Position numbers and translations under genes: made by a program | Source: Dehalococcoidales bacterium | Lineage (GTDB): Bacteria; Chloroflexota; Dehalococcoidia; Dehalococcoidales; RBG-16-60-22 | Reading direction: 5' to 3' | Length of the DNA stretch: 53,345 nucleotides | Assembly (NCBI GenBank): GCA_016930185.1 | Contig: JAFGHK010000008.1 | Location: 1 to 53,345 of the forward strand | In this document: piece after piece, positions 47,044-53,345 of the stretch | How the letters are laid out: every line of letters starts with the position of its first letter | Position numbering within the stretch: the stretch's first letter is position 1 | The notes under the pieces: generated by a model | Seen by the model: only the letters and a program-made list of their open reading frames with translations | Told to the model about the DNA's origin: nothing | Databases searched by the model: none

Positions 47044-47826
47044 ATGAGTATCCAGCTGACTATCCTTTTCACCCTGGCCGGTATCGCAATCGGCAGTTTC
47101 CTTAATGTATGCATCGACCGCCTGCCTTTAGGCAAGTCGCTTGTTTCTCCTCCCTCGCACTGCGACGCCTGCCAGCACCGATTGGGATTACTGGACAATA
47201 TTCCAATATTCAGTTATCTATTTCTGCGCGGACGCTGCCGGTACTGCGGCGCCCATATACCCATACGCGTATTTTTAGTTGAGTTTATTACAGGTGGCCT
47301 CTTCCTCCTGGCTTTCTGGCGCTACGGTCTAACAGCCCAGTTCGGCATCACCGCTCTCTGGTGCTGTGTTTTCATGGTGATAATATTCATCGACAAAGAG
47401 CATAAGTTGATTTTAAACGTGATAACCTATCCGGCGATGGTCATCGCCGTTGTCTTTCTGGCCATTCACACCTACGTTCCCGGGGCCGTTTTAATGCCCC
47501 CCGAGGCGACATTGATAAACGGGTTAATCAGCGCGGCGGCGCTCTTTATCTTCTTCTTTTTAATTGTGCTTATCAGGCCCGACGCTATGGGCATGGGCGA
47601 CACCAAGCTGGTGGCGCTGATAGGGCTTGTCAGCGGGTTCCCGCTGGTCGTCTTTTCCATGATAATCGGGATTGTGCTCGGGGGTATTGTTGCCGTAGTC
47701 CTGCTGGCGACGAGGAAAAAAGGGCGGAAAGACGTTATCGCTTACGGCACTTTTTTGGGGATAGGACCTATCGTTGCTTTAATATTCGCTCCGGAAATCA
47801 TCAACTGGTACCTCTCTTATTTCTAG
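47044..47826 (+). CDS. pilD: Prepilin peptidase
   Basis: GSFLNVCIDRLP, CDAC/CRYC Zn pairs, FID, MGMGD. Confidence 0.94.
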   Translation: MSIQLTILFTLAGIAIGSFLNVCIDRLPLGKSLVSPPSHCDACQHRLGLLDNIPIFSYLFLRGRCRYCGAHIPIRVFLVEFITGGLFLLAFWRYGLTAQFGITALWCCVFMVIIFIDKEHKLILNVITYPAMVIAVVFLAIHTYVPGAVLMPPEATLINGLISAAALFIFFFLIVLIRPDAMGMGDTKLVALIGLVSGFPLVVFSMIIGIVLGGIVAVVLLATRKKGRKDVIAYGTFLGIGPIVALIFAPEIINWYLSYF

Positions 47827-47896
47827 TCGCGCCATATTCTGTGATAAAATTATACGAAAGGGCTGGCCCATTTTTATGGACGAGCCCTAAAGGTGT

Positions 47897-50800
47897 TTGG
47901 TAAATAATATGCCCGGACTGAATAAATTACTAAATTTAATAGAACCTATGCCGGTTTTTTATCGCCTGCTGGAAGAATTGAAGGATAACAAGGAAAATAC
48001 ATCGGTTGTCCTTAATTCTGCCAGACCTTATCTTATAGCGGCTTTGTTTGAAAACCTTAAGGCGCCGGTGCTTGTCATCACGGCGCAGCCGGAGAATGCT
48101 AAAAAGCTCCACGAGCAGCTTGCCAGTTGGTCACGTTCAAGTCAAATACACCTTTTCCCAGAACCAGACGCTCTCCCTTACGAACGACTGGCTGCCGATA
48201 TCGGCACGGAAATAGAAAGAATCAAGGTACTGGCAGCCCTAGTGGGAAGTAGTGACGAAGCAAGCGAGGCTGGACCTCCGCTGGTGATAGCCTCTGCGGC
48301 ATCGTTGATCTCAAGAACCAACGCTCATAATGATTTTGTAGCCTCGCGTAAGACTATCAATCTGGGGATGACTGTCGAGCCGTTCCGCCTGCTGGCCGAC
48401 CTGTCGGAAATGGGCTACCGAGTGGAAAATACCGTTGAAATACCCGGCACCATGAGCCATCGGGGCGGCATAATCGATATTTACCCGTCTGTAAGCGAAA
48501 CCCCCTTCCGACTTGAGTTTTTCGGCGATTCCATCGATAGTATACGAACCTTCGACCCGGCTACCCAGCGCTCAATTGAGAAAGTGGATTCGTTTTCGGT
48601 GGTCCCGGCCACGGAACTGCTGGCGCCGCGGCGTATGAACAAGCAGTCGCTGGAGGATATCCTGAACGGCATCGACCTGTCAGGGTGCACAAACGAGGTC
48701 AAGCAGCAGTTCCAACAAGATAAAGAGTCTTTCCTTACCGGCCAGTCGATGCCTGAAGCGCAGTTCTATACTCCATTTTTTAATCAAGATAATATCCTGG
48801 ATTACCTTCCGCCAGATACATTAATCGTCCTCGATGAGCCTTCGTCTATCACGCAGGCGGCCTCTGCGCTGGAAGAGGAGTTTAGCCAGATACGCTCGGA
48901 GAAACTGGAGCGCGGCGAGCTGCCCCGTAATTTTCCCCCGCCTTACGTTAGCCGGGATGAGCTTGAGGCTGTTATCAAGGACAAATGGAGCTTGAACCTG
49001 GAGGCCTGGGGCGTGGAAGGGGGGCTGGACTTTATCTCCGCGCCCGGCTATGCGGGTAAACTTACTTCTTTTATCGATAAGACAATCGAGTTATTGGGGC
49101 AGCAAAAGCGTATTATCATCGTCAGCCACCAGGCGAACCGGCTTTCAGAATTATTCACTGAAAAAGATATCATCGCCGCCCCTGTCGAGGAAGTCGAGCA
49201 GGCGCCCGGGCCCGGCAACATGGTGCTGGTGCACGGTTCTCTCCCGGAAGGCTGGGTGATGAGCGGCGATACCTACCTGTTTACAGACGCCGAAATATTC
49301 GGCTTCGTCAAGCAGCGTCGGCTAGTTAAGAAGCGCCCGACGGCAAGCCATAGAATTACGCTTGATTTTGTGCCCGATGACTACGTCGTCCACATAGAGC
49401 ACGGCATAGGCAGGTTTACCGGGGTGACGATGCTGAATACGGCAGGCAGCGACAAGGAATACCTGGTCTTGAAATACGCCGGCAACGATATCCTTTATGT
49501 CCCCACCGACCAGATAGACAGGGTAAGTAGATATATCGGCGCTGGCGACAGGACCCCAGTGCTTAGTCGGCTGGGCACGCAGGAGTGGGTGAGGACACGC
49601 CAGAGGACCAAGGAAGCGGTGGAAGTACTCGCCCGCGACCTACTTAATCTCTACGCCTCCCGGGAGGTCGTGCCGGGGTTTGCCTTCTCACGCGATACGG
49701 TCTGGCAACAGGAACTGGAGGCCGCCTTCCCCTATGTGGAGACCCCCGACCAGCTTGAGGCGCAGCAGGAAGTTAAAAGTGATATGGAAAAGTCCAGGCC
49801 GATGGACCGCCTCGTCTGCGGGGATGTCGGCTATGGCAAGACGGAGGTGGCTATCCGCGCCGCTTTCAAGTCCGTTCTGGACGGCAAGCAGGTGGCAGTC
49901 CTGGTGCCCACCACCGTGCTCGCTCAGCAGCATTTCGCCACCTTTTCCGAAAGGCTGGAGGCCTTCCCTGTAAAAGTAGAAGTGTTGAGTCGGTTCCGCT
50001 CCGACCGCGAGCAAAGCGATATCGTCGCCGGGCTAGCGGACGGCACGGTAGATATCTGCATCGGCACCCACCGCTTAATTCAGAAGGACATTATTTTCAA
50101 GGACCTAGGGCTCTTAATAATCGACGAAGAGCAGCGCTTCGGGGTCAATCACAAGGAATATCTCAAAAAGATGCGGCAGGAAGTGGACGTGCTTACCTTG
50201 AGCGCCACGCCGATTCCCCGCACCCTGCACATGTCGCTGGTGGGCGTGCGGGACATGAGCACCATGGAGACCCCACCCGAAGCCCGCCTCCCCGTCAAGA
50301 CCTATGTCGCCGAGTACAACGAACACCTTATACGAGAGGCAATAATAAGAGAGCTGGAACGTAACGGCCAGGTGTTTTTCGTGCACAACCGCGTGCAGAG
50401 CATCGCCATGATAGCGGCAGACCTGCGCGAGCTGGTGCCGGAGGCGGAAATCGCTATCGGACACGGCCAGATGCCGGAGGACGAACTGGAAAAGGTAATG
50501 ACCAACTTTGCGCAAGGCAGGATTGATGTACTCGTCTGCACCACTATTATCGAGTCGGGGCTGGACATGCCCAACGCCAATACCATCATCGTCAACAAGG
50601 CGGACAAGTTCGGGCTTACCCAGCTTTACCAGCTGCGAGGCAGGGTAGGGCGTGGCGCCAACCTCGCTTACGCCTATTTCCTCTACGACGGAGGCAAACG
50701 GCTTTCGCCGATAGCCCACAAGCGACTGCGCACCATTTACGAGGCTACGGAACTGGGCGCGGGTTTCGGCATCGCCATGAAGGACCTGGAAATACGTGGT

Positions 50801-51358
50801 GCCGGTACCTTGCTGGGCCCTCGCCAGAGCGGCCATATCACCGCGGTCGGTTTCAGCCTTTACACCCGATTACTAGCCGACGCTGTTGAAGAGCAAAAAG
50901 CGATACTGGCAGGCAAGGAAAAACCGCCGCCCCGTTTGCCCCCGCCGGCCATCGACTTGCCCCTCGACGCCTTTATCCCGGAAAGCTATGTATCCGACGT
51001 CGATACCCGACTTGAGCTTTACTGCACCTTAAGCAACGTGGAGTCGGCGGAGAAGCTGGACGATATCCTGAAGGAGTACACCGACCGCTTCGGCAAGCCG
51101 CCCGCGGAGATGCACAACCTCTTTTATGCCTTGAGAATCAAGGCGCTGGCGGCTAAAGCAGGCATCGAGTCCGTTTCAACCGAGGAGGGCCATATTATCT
51201 TGAGGCGCTTCCAGGGGATGCCTTTCGATGCGGAGAAATTCATGCAGTCCCTCACCGACGGCGTGATAGTGGGCAGGACGCAAATAAGGATTGATTACAG
51301 GAAGATAAGAGGGGGGTGGCGGGGGGTATTGGAGAGGGTGATAAAAGGATTGATTTGA
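47897..51358 (+). CDS. mfd: Transcription-repair coupling factor
   Basis: [18 protein letters not shown] (RID), [45 protein letters not shown]. Confidence 0.98.
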   Translation: MVNNMPGLNKLLNLIEPMPVFYRLLEELKDNKENTSVVLNSARPYLIAALFENLKAPVLVITAQPENAKKLHEQLASWSRSSQIHLFPEPDALPYERLAADIGTEIERIKVLAALVGSSDEASEAGPPLVIASAASLISRTNAHNDFVASRKTINLGMTVEPFRLLADLSEMGYRVENTVEIPGTMSHRGGIIDIYPSVSETPFRLEFFGDSIDSIRTFDPATQRSIEKVDSFSVVPATELLAPRRMNKQSLEDILNGIDLSGCTNEVKQQFQQDKESFLTGQSMPEAQFYTPFFNQDNILDYLPPDTLIVLDEPSSITQAASALEEEFSQIRSEKLERGELPRNFPPPYVSRDELEAVIKDKWSLNLEAWGVEGGLDFISAPGYAGKLTSFIDKTIELLGQQKRIIIVSHQANRLSELFTEKDIIAAPVEEVEQAPGPGNMVLVHGSLPEGWVMSGDTYLFTDAEIFGFVKQRRLVKKRPTASHRITLDFVPDDYVVHIEHGIGRFTGVTMLNTAGSDKEYLVLKYAGNDILYVPTDQIDRVSRYIGAGDRTPVLSRLGTQEWVRTRQRTKEAVEVLARDLLNLYASREVVPGFAFSRDTVWQQELEAAFPYVETPDQLEAQQEVKSDMEKSRPMDRLVCGDVGYGKTEVAIRAAFKSVLDGKQVAVLVPTTVLAQQHFATFSERLEAFPVKVEVLSRFRSDREQSDIVAGLADGTVDICIGTHRLIQKDIIFKDLGLLIIDEEQRFGVNHKEYLKKMRQEVDVLTLSATPIPRTLHMSLVGVRDMSTMETPPEARLPVKTYVAEYNEHLIREAIIRELERNGQVFFVHNRVQSIAMIAADLRELVPEAEIAIGHGQMPEDELEKVMTNFAQGRIDVLVCTTIIESGLDMPNANTIIVNKADKFGLTQLYQLRGRVGRGANLAYAYFLYDGGKRLSPIAHKRLRTIYEATELGAGFGIAMKDLEIRGAGTLLGPRQSGHITAVGFSLYTRLLADAVEEQKAILAGKEKPPPRLPPPAIDLPLDAFIPESYVSDVDTRLELYCTLSNVESAEKLDDILKEYTDRFGKPPAEMHNLFYALRIKALAAKAGIESVSTEEGHIILRRFQGMPFDAEKFMQSLTDGVIVGRTQIRIDYRKIRGGWRGVLERVIKGLI

Positions 51359-51440
51359 CATAAGGGGGAAGGATAAAAACATGCTTAAGTATCATCTCTT
51401 ACTCCGTATGTTATAATATATTAATTAATGAGGTGCGGAA

Positions 51441-51665
51441 ATGACAAAGAGTTTTAAAGTAGTCCTTGAGCTTAATGAAAAAGGCGGGTACACGGTACAC
51501 GTACCCTTACTTCCCGGCTGTATAAGCGAAGGCGATACGCGAGAAGAAGCTCTGGCGAATATCAAAGAGGCTATCGAACTTTACATTGAGAGTCTTACGG
51601 ATGACAACTTACCAGTTCCTTCCGAAGATTCTGTTGAAGAAGCGGTCGTAGAGGTCACTTCGTGA
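51441..51665 (+). CDS. hicB: HicB-family antitoxin (short, no DNA-binding domain)
   Basis: GGYTVHVPLLPGCISEGDTREEALANIKEAI. GAGGTG RBS and TGnTATAAT at 51409-51417. Confidence 0.9.
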   Translation: MTKSFKVVLELNEKGGYTVHVPLLPGCISEGDTREEALANIKEAIELYIESLTDDNLPVPSEDSVEEAVVEVTS

Positions 51666-51883
51666 AACTCCCGCGGGTAAGCGGTAAAAAGACCATAGAT
51701 ACGCTTTTAAAAGCTGGGTTCACAGTTCACCGTATTCACGGCAGTCACTATATTCTTAAGCAATCCCAGACAGGGCGCAGGGTAACCGTCCCATACCATC
51801 GTGAAGAACTCGCTATAACAACACTGAATTCAATTCTAAAGCAGTCAAGCATCAGCCAAGAGACATTTATTAGTCTATTGTAA
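51662..51883 (+). CDS. hicA: HicA-family toxin
   Basis: LLKAGF...GSH...VTVPYH...TLNSILKQ. Overlaps the hicB stop. Confidence 0.9.
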   Translation: MKLPRVSGKKTIDTLLKAGFTVHRIHGSHYILKQSQTGRRVTVPYHREELAITTLNSILKQSSISQETFISLL

Positions 51884-51922
51884 ATTACACCCCACTTTTT
51901 ACTATTTATGAAACCCTCCCCA

Positions 51923-51951
51923 TTGACTATCCAGCGTACTTGATGTACGTT
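51923..51951 (+). promoter_or_regulatory. Possible promoter with palindromic operator
   Basis: TTGACT-17nt-TACGTT. CGTAC-N5-GTACG palindrome at 51935-51949. Confidence 0.35.
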
Positions 51952-51985
51952 ATTATATATGGATTCACTTCGTGAGGTAGGATAA

Positions 51986-52465
51986 ATGTTCAAGAAAGTT
52001 ATCTTCGGGGCTTTATTATTAGTTATAGTCGTTTTTGCTTTCGGCTGTCCCTCGGCGAAGACAACAACAACGACACCACAGGCCAATGTACATACCATCA
52101 GCGAGACCACCATCTCGCCCAACTGGGCGATGAGGCAAATAGAAATCACGCTGGAAGGGGAGACCAAGATTGTACTTACCCTGGAGGACGGGGACAAAGT
52201 GGACGGCTTTTTCTACCTTACCTCCGGTGAAAATATAAGCTTCAGTATTTCCGGCACCTCGCTTATCTATGAATCCATAGCGACCGGCACGTCGGAAAAG
52301 AGCGTTTCTTCAGACCGGTTCTCCTTCACCGCCAGCCAGTCGCAGGGCCTGGCTTATACTCTCAAGCTCAAGCCCGAGAGTCAGGATGCCGCCAGCGCTA
52401 CCGTAGTTATCCAGCTTATTTATCCTGCCTCCGGTGAAATACTCATACCCATCGGGACAAAGTAG
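51986..52465 (+). CDS. Probable lipoprotein with beta-sandwich (GOLD-like) domain
   Basis: Signal peptide ending FAFG-C, Thr-rich linker, beta-rich body. Confidence 0.65.
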   Translation: MFKKVIFGALLLVIVVFAFGCPSAKTTTTTPQANVHTISETTISPNWAMRQIEITLEGETKIVLTLEDGDKVDGFFYLTSGENISFSISGTSLIYESIATGTSEKSVSSDRFSFTASQSQGLAYTLKLKPESQDAASATVVIQLIYPASGEILIPIGTK

Positions 52466-52467
52466 CC

Positions 52468-53208
52468 GTGTCCAGTGTTTACTCACGCTTTCTCACCAGC
52501 TTTAATAAAACATGGCAGTCTTTCTATCAGGGGCTCAAGAGCAGAACCGTCAGGTCTATCGAGACTGAAATACTGCCGTTTTTACGTCGCTGGAATATCC
52601 ATACCGTCTTTGCCATAGCCGGCATCTTAGCCCCCTTGTTGCTCATTATCGGCGATATTTCGGCATCCGTAGTAGCCGGCGACTACAGCATGTTGCAGAA
52701 TTCCATAAGCAGCCTGGCTTTGACCAAAATAGGCTGGATGCAGACGATTGGCTTCCTTTTCCTGGGCCTGCTGGTAGAGGTATTCACCGCCGGACTTCTT
52801 TTCAATATCAGGGGGAAAAGACTATTCTATATTGGCATATTATTCTTTGTTATCTTCGGGTTTGCTTTACTGCTTATCGGGGCTTTCCGCACCGACCCCG
52901 TTGGCGCTGAGCGTACGATAGAAGGGAGAATCCACGGCCTGACCGCCCAGACCGCTTTCACGATATTCCCGGTAGCTTTGTTGTGCCTGCTTTCCAGCAT
53001 CAAAAACGACCCCAACTGGCAGCGTTTTTTCCGCTATACGCTGGTGACCCTGATTCTGGGGGTCGTCCTGATTATCGTTATCCGTGTTGCCCAAGAGCCG
53101 AACCAAGTTTTCGGCCTGATGGAGCGGTTAATTGTTCTTAACATGCTCGTCTGGGTGGAGGTAGCTGCCATCAATCTATTCGCCATGTCTCTCAAGAGGA
53201 ATAGCTAA
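52468..53208 (+). CDS. DUF998 family membrane protein
   Basis: Y...NSISSLAL, FRTDP, IHG, GLMER, about six TMs. Confidence 0.8.
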   Translation: MSSVYSRFLTSFNKTWQSFYQGLKSRTVRSIETEILPFLRRWNIHTVFAIAGILAPLLLIIGDISASVVAGDYSMLQNSISSLALTKIGWMQTIGFLFLGLLVEVFTAGLLFNIRGKRLFYIGILFFVIFGFALLLIGAFRTDPVGAERTIEGRIHGLTAQTAFTIFPVALLCLLSSIKNDPNWQRFFRYTLVTLILGVVLIIVIRVAQEPNQVFGLMERLIVLNMLVWVEVAAINLFAMSLKRNS

Positions 53209-53223
53209 TTACGCCTCCTCCGC

Positions 53224-53252
53224 TTGACGCCTTATGTCCACTCTAGTATCAT
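53224..53252 (+). promoter_or_regulatory. Sigma70-type promoter
   Basis: TTGACG-17nt-TATCAT. Confidence 0.55.
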
Positions 53253-53306
53253 CTTATTGGCAATTGTAAAAACCGGAGAATATGCAAAAAGCGAGTGTGA
53301 TATCTA

Positions 53307-53345
53307 ATGATAGTCGAAATGCGGACGGGCGCCACTAAAAAAGAA
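53307..53345 (+). CDS. 5' fragment of a gene, possibly type I-beta DAHP synthase
   Basis: MIVEMRTGATKKE resembles the MIxxMKxGAT N-terminus of ACT-domain DAHP synthases. Only 13 codons are visible. Confidence 0.45.
   Translation, partial: MIVEMRTGATKKE

Noticed and set aside
50114-50836. 240-aa ORF antisense to mfd
   Set aside because: Shadow of a GC-rich conserved helicase region.
53282-53338. 18-aa ORF with GGAG RBS as a leader peptide for the putative DAHP synthase
   Set aside because: It has no aromatic codons, overlaps the downstream start, and the window ends before any attenuator could be assessed.

Overview
A mostly housekeeping chromosomal stretch. Gene content (monoderm-type type IV pilus locus with no secretin, RACo, ETF, EF-G paralog) and promoter style suggest an anaerobic Chloroflexota, probably Dehalococcoidia; this is inferred, not proven. 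In order: an acyl-CoA dehydrogenase pair, RACo/DUF169/YdhR, GNAT plus MshA-like glycosyltransferase, TraB, ftsK, rnj, udg, serA, class V aminotransferase, tyrS, ribF, DUF1015, hppA, an acyl-CoA ligase, prfA-prmC, etfBA, EF-G-like, two nitroreductases, pcm, xerD, pilB-pilC-pilO-pilMN-pilT, a divergent HDAC-family gene, pilin, pilD, mfd and hicBA. The most unusual part is an accessory patch at about 21954-25200. It holds a leaderless small gene with a LexA-like box and a terminase-small-subunit-like GGQPGNxNAxKHG motif, three kinds of short repeat, and an AT-rich methyltransferase-nuclease fusion. Other leads are a promoter/antiterminator/terminator leader upstream of hppA (candidate riboswitch), tandem XerD-arm-like boxes in front of xerD, a PilM-PilN fusion, and an HDAC lacking the catalytic Tyr motif. 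No rRNA, tRNA, CRISPR array or transposase was recognised.
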